A stretch of 64,000 nucleotides of DNA, from contig JBMYKI010000002.1 of NCBI GenBank assembly GCA_049595235.1, positions 1,691-65,690 of the forward strand, in the 5' to 3' direction. A program made the position numbers and the translations under genes. A model generated the notes under the pieces. The model worked only from the letters and a program-made list of their open reading frames with translations. It did not search any database and was not told where the DNA came from. Shown piece after piece: positions 1 to 8,450 of the stretch (position 1 is the first letter of the stretch; each line of letters opens with the position of its first letter). The DNA comes from Flavobacteriaceae bacterium. GTDB taxonomy: Bacteria > Bacteroidota > Bacteroidia > Flavobacteriales > Flavobacteriaceae.

Positions 1-102
1 TTCGCGTAGCTGGCGCATGGTTCCCGTTTTGTCGAATTTGCGCTTGAAACGCTTGAGCGCTCTGTCGATATTTTCTCCGTCTTTTATTGGTATTATGAGC
101 AT
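1..102 (-). CDS. rpsU: 30S ribosomal protein bS21, first 34 codons (gene runs off the left edge)
   Basis: Own translation from ATG at 102-100 (minus): MLIIPIKDGENIDRALKRFKRKFDKTGTMRQLRE, the conserved bS21 N-terminus. Absent from the ORF track because it is truncated. Confidence 0.85.
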   Translation of the reverse strand, partial: MLIIPIKDGENIDRALKRFKRKFDKTGTMRQLRE

Positions 103-111
103 ATGCCTTAA

Positions 112-117
112 CCTCCT
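112..117 (-). promoter_or_regulatory. Shine-Dalgarno AGGAGG, 9 nt upstream of the rpsU ATG
   Basis: Minus strand reads AGGAGG-TTAAGGCAT-ATG. No other start in the window has a comparable purine core. Confidence 0.6.
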
Positions 118-134
118 CTCTTTTAAAATGGGGT

Positions 135-164
135 CAAATATAATTACAATTTGTTAGCTGACAA
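135..164 (-). promoter_or_regulatory. rpsU promoter, TTG-N19-TATATTTG
   Basis: Minus strand has TTG at 164-162, a 19-nt spacer, then TATATTTG at 142-135. This matches the Bacteroidota sigma-A -33/-7 consensus and predicts a leader of about 30 nt that contains the SD. Confidence 0.55.
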
Positions 165-168
165 CAAA

Positions 169-1335
169 TTATTTTAATATTTGTTTGGAGATAACTACTT
201 TTTGAATTTCAGAAGTTCCCTCGCCTATGGTACATAGCTTGGCATCTCTGTAGAATTTCTCCACAGGAAACTCCTTTGAATACCCATAGCCTCCAAAAAT
301 CTGAAGGGCTTCGTTGGTGGTTTTAACACACATTTCAGAAGCAAACAACTTGCACATGGCACTTTGTTTGGTCATTTTTTTACCCTCATTGATCATCTGG
401 CTGGCATTTTGGGTAAGCAACTCTGCTGCCTCTATGTCAGTAGCCATTTCGGCAAGCTTAAAAGAAATTCCTTGAAAGCTACTAATGGGTTTGCCAAACT
501 GTACACGTTCTTTTGAGTATTGTAAAGCCGCTTCATAGGCTCCCTTTGCAATTCCGATCGATAGCGCAGCAATAGAAATACGGCCACCATCCAAAATTTT
601 CATGGATTGAATGAATCCCTCGCCTACCTCGCCTATGAGATTGTCCTCAGAAACACGACAATTGTCAAAAACCAACTCAGCAGTTTCAGAAGCCCGCATA
701 CCCATTTTGTTCTCTTTTTTACCAGAACTAAATCCGGGCGTGCCACGTTCGATAGCAAAGGCACTCATACCGTGGCTGTCACCCTTTTCGCCAGTACGGA
801 AAATAACAACCGCAATATCTCCAGAAATACCATGAGTAATGAAGTTTTTTGAACCATTTAGAACCCACTCGTTACCTTCCTTTTTGGCAGTGGCATTCAT
901 TCCACCAGCATCGGAACCCGTGTTGTGTTCTGTCAGGCCCCATGCACCTATCCATTCACCAGTAGCCAATTTTGGCAACCAACGTAGTTTTTGAGATTCG
1001 GTACCAAATTTCAATATGTGATTGGTACATAGCGAATTGTGAGCAGCTACCGACAATCCGATCGAGGGATCCACTTTGGATATTTCCTGAACCATGGCTA
1101 CATATTCGTGATAACCCAATCCAGAACCTCCATAAGTTTCCGGCACCAGCATTCCCAAAAAGCCCAACGATCCAGCCTGCTTCATTGCCTCAACAGGAAA
1201 ATGCTGTGCCTCGTCCCATTCCATAACATGTGGCTTTAGGTGCTGATGCGCAAAATCACGTGCAGCATCGGCCACCATCTGTCGTGTTTCATGGGCGTGG
1301 GTATCCATGGTATCTGAAATTAAATCAATGTTCAT
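169..1335 (-). CDS. acyl-CoA dehydrogenase
   Basis: 388-aa ORF with full-length ACAD-like sequence (GAWGLTEHNTGSD, FITHG, C-terminal EGTSEIQ). Confidence 0.9.
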   Translation of the reverse strand: MNIDLISDTMDTHAHETRQMVADAARDFAHQHLKPHVMEWDEAQHFPVEAMKQAGSLGFLGMLVPETYGGSGLGYHEYVAMVQEISKVDPSIGLSVAAHNSLCTNHILKFGTESQKLRWLPKLATGEWIGAWGLTEHNTGSDAGGMNATAKKEGNEWVLNGSKNFITHGISGDIAVVIFRTGEKGDSHGMSAFAIERGTPGFSSGKKENKMGMRASETAELVFDNCRVSEDNLIGEVGEGFIQSMKILDGGRISIAALSIGIAKGAYEAALQYSKERVQFGKPISSFQGISFKLAEMATDIEAAELLTQNASQMINEGKKMTKQSAMCKLFASEMCVKTTNEALQIFGGYGYSKEFPVEKFYRDAKLCTIGEGTSEIQKVVISKQILK

Positions 1336-2171
1336 TCTAGCAATTTTTTTGTATTCAAATATAAGGCAATTCTTGCAATGCGAACCGAATCGATTTCAAG
1401 GCTTTGTGCCATCTGATAAAAGTCCTTAACCTGTCCATGTCGGCTGCGATAAGCTACCATACGAGAAGCCAATCCATTGCTGATGTAGTGATTGTCGGCC
1501 AATTGATTTATCGATGCTGTATTGAGGTCAATGAGAGAGTGATTTGGTAAGGAGTCCAACGAAAACCTCCGCCTAATACGAACCAATGTTTCATGGGGCA
1601 AACCCCAAACATCTTCTAATTGATCTACGCTTCGAAAACCACCTAAAACCGAACGCATCTCAAGAATTCTCTCAGCCAATACCGGACCAACTCCATATAC
1701 TTTTTGAAACTGCTCCGAAGTGGCTGTGTTTAGCTGTAATTTGATTTTTGGAGGTGCTTTTTTTTGTTTTATTGAGACATATTCAGGGAATTTTAGATGG
1801 GGAAATACTTTCAACCAGGCAGTATCGTTTACACCTAAAAAAAGACGCACCTCTTCCGTATTTCTAAAATACTCGCGACGAGAAATCCGCATTCGGATTG
1901 AATCCGATACCCACTTGGGGAGCCCCAACCTGTAGGCGTGGTAGGCAGACATGTAATTGGGGTTGAACGGATACAAAGTATCCTTGGGCGGTTGCAATGC
2001 CAGTAGCGAATCACGTTGTGCTAAAACCCTCTCAGGCAGCGCAGTGAGGACATGTGTGGGTCTGGATTTTTTAGCCATGAAATAAACAGCAATATGTCCC
2101 AAAAAAGACAATCCAAAGACGACTAACAGGCCACGGCGCTGGGCGCGTGTCCAACGAGATAAGGGGCGCAT
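1332..2171 (-). CDS. helix-hairpin-helix (ComEA-like) domain membrane protein
   Basis: N-terminal TM segment plus two HhH-like blocks (LNTATSEQFQKVYGVGPVLAERI, LNTASINQLADN). Overlaps the ACAD start by 4 nt. Confidence 0.65.
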   Translation of the reverse strand: MRPLSRWTRAQRRGLLVVFGLSFLGHIAVYFMAKKSRPTHVLTALPERVLAQRDSLLALQPPKDTLYPFNPNYMSAYHAYRLGLPKWVSDSIRMRISRREYFRNTEEVRLFLGVNDTAWLKVFPHLKFPEYVSIKQKKAPPKIKLQLNTATSEQFQKVYGVGPVLAERILEMRSVLGGFRSVDQLEDVWGLPHETLVRIRRRFSLDSLPNHSLIDLNTASINQLADNHYISNGLASRMVAYRSRHGQVKDFYQMAQSLEIDSVRIARIALYLNTKKLLE

Positions 2172-2185
2172 TACTAAAGACTATA

Positions 2186-3778
2186 TCATGCCGTTCTGAT
2201 GGCTTTTAGATATTTGTTCAGTTCTTGTTTTACCTTAGGGAATAAAAAGAATAAGCCTATCATATTAGGGAATACGAGGGCCAAAATCATAGCGTCCGAA
2301 AAAGTCCATACGGCCGACATATCACCAGCAGCACCAATGACAATAAATGCCAAAAACAACAACTTGTAAGTAAGATCAGACCATTTGTTTTTGCCGAAAA
2401 CAAACATCCAAGATTGTAATCCATAGTAAGACCATGAAATCATGGTTGAGATGGCAAACAACACCACAGCGATGGTCAAAAACGGACCAGAGAAAGAAAT
2501 GTAGTTGGCAAAAGCAGCGGCCGTAATACCAGCTCCTTCGACGCCTACACCATCGATCATTACCACACCATTTTCACCTCCGTAAGTGAACACACTTTGA
2601 TCACCATTGAAGATAATGATTACCAAGGCGGTCATCGTACAAATCACAACAGTGTCAATAAACGGCTCTAACAAGGCCACCAAGCCTTCGGAGGCTGCAT
2701 ATTTGGTCTTTACTGCTGAGTGTGCAATTGATGCCGAACCAGCACCTGCCTCATTAGAAAAAGCGGCCCTACGAAAACCAGTGATTAAGACTCCCAATAG
2801 ACCACCCAATCCGGCTTGCGGATTGAAGGCCTGGGTAAAAATCATTGCAAAAGCATTGTCGACAAAAGAGATGTTTGTAAGGATTATATACAAACAAGCA
2901 CTTACGTACATCAATGCCATAAATGGCACCACTTTTTCGGTAACAGAGGCAATACGCTTGATACCGCCAATGATGATAATTCCCACAAAAACCATCATGA
3001 TAACACCAATAATGGTTCGTGCACTTCCACCAGTCATTCCAAAAGAATCCACGAGCTGCATAGCTGCTTGGTTGGATTGGGCAGCGTTGCCACCTCCAAA
3101 AGAGGCGCCAATACACAATATAGCAAATACCACGGCCAAGAACTTACCCACACGAGCAAAACCTCTTTCCTTAAGACCTTTTGTTAGATAATACATCGGA
3201 CCACCATAGACCGTACCGTCCTCTCCAACATCACGGTATTTAACCCCAAGGGTACACTCTACAAATTTGGTAGACATCCCAATAAGACCACACAATATCA
3301 TCCAAAAAGTAGCGCCAGGTCCACCTACCGCAATGGCCAGAGCAACGCCCGCAATGTTTCCGTTTCCTACCGTTCCAGAAACAGCGGTTGCCAACGCCTG
3401 AAAATGGCTTACCTCTCCATCTTTACTTTCATCTTTGATGGTGTCGGGCAAGTCACCTTCAACAACATTGACAGCTGGCTTTTCCACCACTTCGTGATGA
3501 TCAACATCATCATACTTACCACGAACCACCCCTATAGCTAAGGGAAATCGACGGATATTAATAAATCCAAAGTAGAGTGTAAAAAACAAAGCACCACCAA
3601 CCAATAGAAAAATGATGGTAGGTACCGAAGTACCGGGAAAATTGTGCAACACTACTCCGCCCCACCAGTCGGCAATGGGCGTAAAGGCTTCGTTGATGCG
3701 ATCGTCTAAGCCTTTGTCTTGGGCAAAAGTGATGGAACTCATTAAAACAAAAAGGGTACTCAGTATAAAACGTTTCAT
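2186..3778 (-). CDS. alanine/glycine:cation symporter (AGCS) family transporter
   Basis: 530-aa polytopic protein with AGCS-type motifs (FQALATAVSGTVGNGNIAGVA, FSNEAGAGSASIAH). Confidence 0.9.
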   Translation of the reverse strand: MKRFILSTLFVLMSSITFAQDKGLDDRINEAFTPIADWWGGVVLHNFPGTSVPTIIFLLVGGALFFTLYFGFINIRRFPLAIGVVRGKYDDVDHHEVVEKPAVNVVEGDLPDTIKDESKDGEVSHFQALATAVSGTVGNGNIAGVALAIAVGGPGATFWMILCGLIGMSTKFVECTLGVKYRDVGEDGTVYGGPMYYLTKGLKERGFARVGKFLAVVFAILCIGASFGGGNAAQSNQAAMQLVDSFGMTGGSARTIIGVIMMVFVGIIIIGGIKRIASVTEKVVPFMALMYVSACLYIILTNISFVDNAFAMIFTQAFNPQAGLGGLLGVLITGFRRAAFSNEAGAGSASIAHSAVKTKYAASEGLVALLEPFIDTVVICTMTALVIIIFNGDQSVFTYGGENGVVMIDGVGVEGAGITAAAFANYISFSGPFLTIAVVLFAISTMISWSYYGLQSWMFVFGKNKWSDLTYKLLFLAFIVIGAAGDMSAVWTFSDAMILALVFPNMIGLFFLFPKVKQELNKYLKAIRTA

Positions 3779-3792
3779 ATATGTGGGATTAC

Positions 3793-4020
3793 CTATAAAT
3801 CAAAAACAGAGGTTCGTTTGGCAAAAATCAAATCTTTAAGGCGCAGCCAAAAAGCCAGTATTAAATACAATACAAAACTGGCACCCAAAGAAAAAAAACT
3901 GCTATATATAAAAAACAAACGCACCGGCTTGGCGCGCATGCCTAGACGTTCGGCCAATCGTGAGCAGACACTATACCCGTGGCGTTCTAGCCTGTGGCGA
4001 ACTTGGTGCGCTATCCTCAT
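3793..4020 (-). CDS. PspC-domain small membrane protein
   Basis: 75 aa. The SVCSRLAERLGMRAKPVRLFF segment followed by a TM helix resembles the PspC domain. Confidence 0.5.
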   Translation of the reverse strand: MRIAHQVRHRLERHGYSVCSRLAERLGMRAKPVRLFFIYSSFFSLGASFVLYLILAFWLRLKDLIFAKRTSVFDL

Positions 4021-4032
4021 ACCACAAATATA

Positions 4033-5301
4033 TTAAGTTTGAAAAAACTCATGTCCAAAGGCGCATTGAAGGCATTTTTTCGGTTGGCAGTAATGGTTTT
4101 TCAACTGTAAAACCGCCTGACTGTCCAAGGCAGACTGTATGTGCAAACCCAAAGTTTTGAATTTTTTGACCACGCTATTTTGCTCAGCTTTAAGCTCGCA
4201 AGCCCAATCCATCAACAGGTCTGTATTAGACAGGCCATAGGCTTTGTAATAACAAAACAAAAACGGAATGATGGTATTGATCACCAAAAGAGACTTGAAT
4301 GAGGAATTCAATTTTTTAGGTCGGGGTTTGGTAGGCTTTCCAAAAACAAAATGGGTACGCCAATAGTCCGAAACACCAACATCGAGTAGTTTGTACAAGT
4401 CTTGAAGAGATGAGGTCTGTATAAGTCTATCAAACAGTTTGGGCGTACTTTCATAGAGCTGTGCGAGTTGGGACAGTCTAATCGTAGGGAAGTTGCTGGG
4501 GCGAGATCGAAAGAACCGCGCTGGCGGGGTAGATACTTTGAGTTTGTGTTTTCTTTTTAGAAAAAGATATTTATCGCTTAACAGCTCGTAATAAACATCT
4601 TCTTGTTCCATATTTAAAATACCAGCCTGTCCCATCAAAAGTGCCTCGAGTGTGGGCGAATCTCCACGTATATGACGTACAACATTGAAGGGAACAGACA
4701 AAGCCGTTTGTGCAAAAGAAGCACCGTTGAGGGCCAAACCAAAGCCTTTGGCCAAAGCCACAAACAAAACCGCTTCCCAGTCGTTTTTGGACTGGTCGAG
4801 CCAATGCTGAAAAACCGCGGTTTTATCCGCCAATCGCTCTACAAACAAACGGTCAAAAAACAAACGCTGTGTGGTGATTTTGAAATCAGACAAGTGTGCT
4901 TCACAAGGAATCCACTTGTGGGGTGTTTCCATAAAAGCATGATAGCGGTCCATAAAGTCGGGTGGTACAAAACGACGGAGTTCTAGTGTGGGAATGGGGC
5001 GTTCGTCAGGGTCAAACACCGGTACATCGTATTCCCAAACTACGTGCAAGACCACATTGTCATAGGCTGTGTCAGACTCATGTTGGTGCGCATACCAATC
5101 GGAACTGCTAACATGCAACTCCACATGCCCCACCCACACTAAATCATCGATTTGAATTTGTGCATGTAAAAAGTCAGGGCCACTGTCTGTATTGAGCAGA
5201 CCCGATTTGAGAATTTTTAAGGAACTTCCTGAAACGGTGTTCATTGAGGGTAGCCACCATTGCGGATGTTGCCATAAGTATGCCAGTATGTGTTCGTTCA
5301 T
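4033..5301 (-). CDS. DUF2851-family protein
   Basis: 422 aa. The N-terminus MNEHILAYLWQH and the overall length are typical of Bacteroidota DUF2851 proteins. Function unknown. Confidence 0.55.
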   Translation of the reverse strand: MNEHILAYLWQHPQWWLPSMNTVSGSSLKILKSGLLNTDSGPDFLHAQIQIDDLVWVGHVELHVSSSDWYAHQHESDTAYDNVVLHVVWEYDVPVFDPDERPIPTLELRRFVPPDFMDRYHAFMETPHKWIPCEAHLSDFKITTQRLFFDRLFVERLADKTAVFQHWLDQSKNDWEAVLFVALAKGFGLALNGASFAQTALSVPFNVVRHIRGDSPTLEALLMGQAGILNMEQEDVYYELLSDKYLFLKRKHKLKVSTPPARFFRSRPSNFPTIRLSQLAQLYESTPKLFDRLIQTSSLQDLYKLLDVGVSDYWRTHFVFGKPTKPRPKKLNSSFKSLLVINTIIPFLFCYYKAYGLSNTDLLMDWACELKAEQNSVVKKFKTLGLHIQSALDSQAVLQLKNHYCQPKKCLQCAFGHEFFQT

Positions 5302-5319
5302 GACGTTTGGGGTACGCCG

Positions 5320-5715
5320 CTACTCTACCACTTCACCTTCCCATTCCAAAATGCCACCCATCAAATTGTAGGTGGTTGTAAATCCCAGTTGACCCATCAG
5401 TTGACAAGCTTGGGCACTACGGGCACCCGATCGGCAATACACAAAGTAGGTTTCTTCTTTGTCTAGGGCTTGTAGGGCATCCAAAAATCCCTGTCCCATA
5501 CGCAAATCAATGTTTTGGGCATTGGGGATATATCCAGATTCAAACTCTTCTTCGGTTCTCACATCAAGGACAACCGCTTGGGGATGGGCAGCCAATTGTT
5601 CGGCCCATTCGTGCTGTGTAAGATTAGACATGCTGTTTTGTTTGGGACGAAGATACGTACAGCCAGCCATTAAAAAAACTAAAAGCCATATGAATCCACG
5701 CATCATCTGTTTCAT
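5320..5715 (-). CDS. rhodanese-domain lipoprotein (sulfurtransferase-like)
   Basis: Lipobox LMAGC and rhodanese active-site loop YCRSGARS. I prefer the ATG at 5715 because the ORF-track TTG at 5730 lies inside the -7 box. Confidence 0.8.
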   Translation of the reverse strand: MKQMMRGFIWLLVFLMAGCTYLRPKQNSMSNLTQHEWAEQLAAHPQAVVLDVRTEEEFESGYIPNAQNIDLRMGQGFLDALQALDKEETYFVYCRSGARSAQACQLMGQLGFTTTYNLMGGILEWEGEVVE

Positions 5716-5727
5716 TTTATTTGTATT

Positions 5728-5735
5728 CAAATATA
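5728..5735 (-). promoter_or_regulatory. -7 box TATATTTG for the rhodanese-to-ACAD gene string
   Basis: Perfect TAnnTTTG on the minus strand, 12 nt upstream of the ATG at 5715. Confidence 0.45.
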
Positions 5736-5744
5736 TTTATTTTA

Positions 5745-5752
5745 TATATTTG
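5745..5752 (+). promoter_or_regulatory. -7 box TATATTTG for the marR-yceI operon
   Basis: Perfect TAnnTTTG, 17 nt upstream of the ATG at 5770. Confidence 0.45.
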
Positions 5753-5769
5753 TACCTACAATTGTTGTT

Positions 5770-6207
5770 ATGACAAAAGTTGATTCAAATTTGGCAAGAG
5801 AATTGGTGGTGCAAAGCATGCGTACTGCCCAAATCATTACTGCCGAGTTGTCTTGTGCGCTACATCCTCACGGACTGACCATACAGCAATTCAATGTCTT
5901 GCGCATCCTGAGAGGCTGCAACGGCAAGGCCGCTACCCTACAATATGTGACTGAACGCATGATTCATAAAATGAGCAACACCACCCGACTTGTGGACAAG
6001 CTCATCGAAAAAAAACTGGTAGCACGTAAGCCATGTGCTGAGAACCGACGTAAGATTGATTTATTTATTACATCTCAAGGCCTGACATTGCTACACACAC
6101 TAGACCCTATTATAGATGATAAAGAAAAAGAAATCACGCGAGGTATCCAGACAGCTGACATAGATCAGCTCCTAGCTACTTACAGAAAAATTCAATCTAA
6201 ATACTAA
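5770..6207 (+). CDS. MarR-family transcriptional regulator
   Basis: 145 aa with a winged-HTH MarR-like core (LTIQQFNVLRILRG...TRLVDKLIEKKLVAR). Confidence 0.85.
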   Translation: MTKVDSNLARELVVQSMRTAQIITAELSCALHPHGLTIQQFNVLRILRGCNGKAATLQYVTERMIHKMSNTTRLVDKLIEKKLVARKPCAENRRKIDLFITSQGLTLLHTLDPIIDDKEKEITRGIQTADIDQLLATYRKIQSKY

Positions 6208-6225
6208 TCTTTAATTCTAATTGTT

Positions 6226-6774
6226 ATGAAGAAAACACCCTTTTTATTACTATTTTTGGCATCATTCTCTTTGGCGTTTGCCAACCCGATTGTTGTCAAA
6301 TCAGGCACTGTCAATTGGACAGGCTATAAAGTGACGGGCCAACACACTGGAACCCTTGACTTAAAAAGCGGCTCCATAGACATTCAAAACGGAGCCTTAG
6401 TAGGAGGTACGTTTGTTGTTGATATGACCAGCCTGACGGTTACCGACCTTAAGGGAAAAGGCAAAGCCAATCTTGAGGGACACTTAAAGTCAGATGACTT
6501 TTTTGGTGTGGAAGCCCACAACGAAGCCCACATGAAAATTACCCAGGTGCGTGGCGATGCCAACGGATATACTGTTACGGGAGATTTTACTATCAAAGGA
6601 CAAACCCACTCTGTAGTCTTTGATATGACATTGAGTAAAAACAGCGCCACCGCTAAAGTTAAAATAGACCGTACCCTTTATAACATACGTTACGGATCGG
6701 ATAGCTTTTTTGACAACTTAGGCAACAAAGCCATCGACAACGAATTTGATATAGAAGTAACACTAAACTTTTAA
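6226..6774 (+). CDS. YceI-family periplasmic protein
   Basis: 182 aa with a signal peptide and YceI-like motifs (VNWTGYKVTGQHTGTL, HLKSDDFFGVE, GDFTIKG). Confidence 0.85.
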   Translation: MKKTPFLLLFLASFSLAFANPIVVKSGTVNWTGYKVTGQHTGTLDLKSGSIDIQNGALVGGTFVVDMTSLTVTDLKGKGKANLEGHLKSDDFFGVEAHNEAHMKITQVRGDANGYTVTGDFTIKGQTHSVVFDMTLSKNSATAKVKIDRTLYNIRYGSDSFFDNLGNKAIDNEFDIEVTLNF

Positions 6775-6776
6775 GT

Positions 6777-6866
6777 ATGAAAACTACGGATAGACCTAAA
6801 TGTGGGTGTGGCAACACCCAAGACCCTGACGGCTACTGCGACGGGTCGCACAACAATGCAAAGTAG
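6777..6866 (+). CDS. 29-aa CDGSH-like cysteine peptide
   Basis: Own translation: MKTTDRPKCGCGNTQDPDGYCDGSHNNAK. It has a CxC...CDGSH signature and starts 2 nt after the yceI stop. Below the ORF-track size cutoff. Confidence 0.5.
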   Translation: MKTTDRPKCGCGNTQDPDGYCDGSHNNAK

Positions 6867-6885
6867 TTTTTTTTCATTGTAAGTA

Positions 6886-6916
6886 TTGGCTATATAAACT
6901 GTGCTTTATATATTTG
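6886..6916 (+). promoter_or_regulatory. trp operon promoter (TTG-N20-TATATTTG)
   Basis: TTG at 6886-6888 and a perfect TAnnTTTG at 6909-6916. The box ends 5 nt before the leader-peptide ATG. Confidence 0.5.
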
Positions 6917-6921
6917 ACCCA

Positions 6922-6978
6922 ATGAAAATGACACACACATACAATTGGTGGTTCGGCTGTGATAAAGCGTCGCGGTAG
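6922..6978 (+). CDS. trpL: trp operon leader peptide (18 aa, tandem Trp codons)
   Basis: Own translation: MKMTHTYNWWFGCDKASR. TGG-TGG lies at 6946-6951, upstream of an intrinsic terminator and trpE. Confidence 0.6.
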   Translation: MKMTHTYNWWFGCDKASR

Positions 6979-7020
6979 ACACCTGGTATGTTATAATTTA
7001 TAAGTAGGCTTGTCATCGCG
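6971..7020 (+). promoter_or_regulatory. candidate antiterminator pairing (6971-6981 with 7011-7020)
   Basis: CGCGGTAGACA pairs with TGTCATCGCG (10 bp, one bulge, one G-U). The pairing consumes half of the terminator stem, and its upstream arm spans the leader stop codon. Confidence 0.4.
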
Positions 7021-7039
7021 ACAGGCCTTTTTTATTTTT
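7006..7039 (+). terminator. intrinsic terminator of the trp attenuator
   Basis: 9-bp stem AGGCTTGTC/GACAGGCCT (7006-7014 and 7020-7028), 5-nt loop, then TTTTTATTTTT, ending 8 nt before the trpE ATG. Confidence 0.65.
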
Positions 7040-7046
7040 GAAAAAA

Positions 7047-8450
7047 ATGAAATACACACTGCAAACACATCACCAGAAGTTATTGGTTGACACCATGACA
7101 CCGGTCAATATGTACCTAAAAATTAGGGATCGATTTCCAAACAGTGTGCTGTTGGAAAGCTCTGACTACGGTGCCAATGACAATAGTGTGGCGTACATAT
7201 GCTTTAATGCCATTGCTGAGGTCAAGTTGCAAAACGGTCTTTTGACTTGTCGCTATCCAGACGGCAAAACCACTCAAGAAAATATCGATCCACAAGCCAA
7301 AATAGCAGATAGAATTTCAGCGTTTGCCAAGTGTTTTAAAGGTGATTTTAGTGGTGATCGTTTTGTGTCAAATGGCCTTTTTGGGTTTACCTCTTATGAG
7401 GCAGTTCAGTATTTCGAAGATATCTCGCTTACCAAAAAGGAGGCGGATGTGGATATTCCAGACCTGTATTACGCCCTTTTTCAAAATGTGATTGCAGTCA
7501 ATGTGTTCAACAACCAAGCCGACTTGTATGCCCATTGCTACGACACAAACAGCAATTTAGACGAAGTGATTCGCATGCTACAGTCCCGCAATATCAGCAC
7601 CTATCCATTTGCACGTCAAGGATCTTTTACTTCCAACCTGAGCGACGATGAGTTTGTAGAATTGGTAAAAAAAGGCATTCACCATTGTCATCGTGGCGAT
7701 GTGTTTCAAATCGTACTGTCAAGGCGTTTTTCACAAGCCTTCACTGGGGACGAATTTACCCTATACAGGGTATTACGTTCGGTTAATCCTTCGCCTTATT
7801 TGTTTTATTTTGACTTTGGTGACTACAAGATTTTTGGCAGTTCACCCGAAGCCCAACTTATTGTGAAAGATGGCAAAGCGGAGATTCATCCCATAGCGGG
7901 CACCTTTCGTCGTACTGGAAACGATGTCCAAGATGCTGCCCGTGCGCGCAAGCTCGCACAAGACCATAAAGAGAACAGCGAACACGTGATGCTGGTCGAT
8001 TTGGCAAGAAACGACCTCAGCCGTCATGGCAATCAGGTCGTGGTAGAAAAAGACCGTGAAATACAATTCTATTCACATGTAATTCATTTGGTTTCTAAAG
8101 TGACTGCTGTCAAAAAAGACAGTACCTCAACGATGCAAATCGTAGCAGACACTTTTCCTGCTGGCACACTTAGTGGTGCGCCCAAACACCGTGCTATGCA
8201 ACTGATTGAAGATTATGAAAATCGCAGTCGCGCGTTTTATGGAGGTGCCATAGGATTTATGGATTTTGAAGGAAATTACAACCACGCCATTATCATCCGG
8301 TCCTTTTTAAGCAAAAACAAGACCTTACATTATCAAGCAGGTGCCGGCGTTGTGTCTGAATCGGTACCCGAAAACGAACTGCAAGAAGTTTACAACAAAT
8401 TGGGAGCGCTTAACAAAGCCTTGGAAGAAGCTGAAAAAATAGAACTATGA
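7047..8450 (+). CDS. trpE: anthranilate synthase component I
   Basis: Full-length TrpE-like sequence (LLESSD..., GAPKHRAMQLIE, GAGVVSES). I prefer the ATG at 7047 because the TTG at 7038 lies in the terminator U-tract. Confidence 0.95.
   Translation: MKYTLQTHHQKLLVDTMTPVNMYLKIRDRFPNSVLLESSDYGANDNSVAYICFNAIAEVKLQNGLLTCRYPDGKTTQENIDPQAKIADRISAFAKCFKGDFSGDRFVSNGLFGFTSYEAVQYFEDISLTKKEADVDIPDLYYALFQNVIAVNVFNNQADLYAHCYDTNSNLDEVIRMLQSRNISTYPFARQGSFTSNLSDDEFVELVKKGIHHCHRGDVFQIVLSRRFSQAFTGDEFTLYRVLRSVNPSPYLFYFDFGDYKIFGSSPEAQLIVKDGKAEIHPIAGTFRRTGNDVQDAARARKLAQDHKENSEHVMLVDLARNDLSRHGNQVVVEKDREIQFYSHVIHLVSKVTAVKKDSTSTMQIVADTFPAGTLSGAPKHRAMQLIEDYENRSRAFYGGAIGFMDFEGNYNHAIIIRSFLSKNKTLHYQAGAGVVSESVPENELQEVYNKLGALNKALEEAEKIEL

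Noticed and set aside
2607-3191. 194-aa and 123-aa plus-strand ORFs inside the AGCS transporter gene.
   Set aside because: They are antisense to a full-length, motif-bearing transporter and have low-complexity composition.
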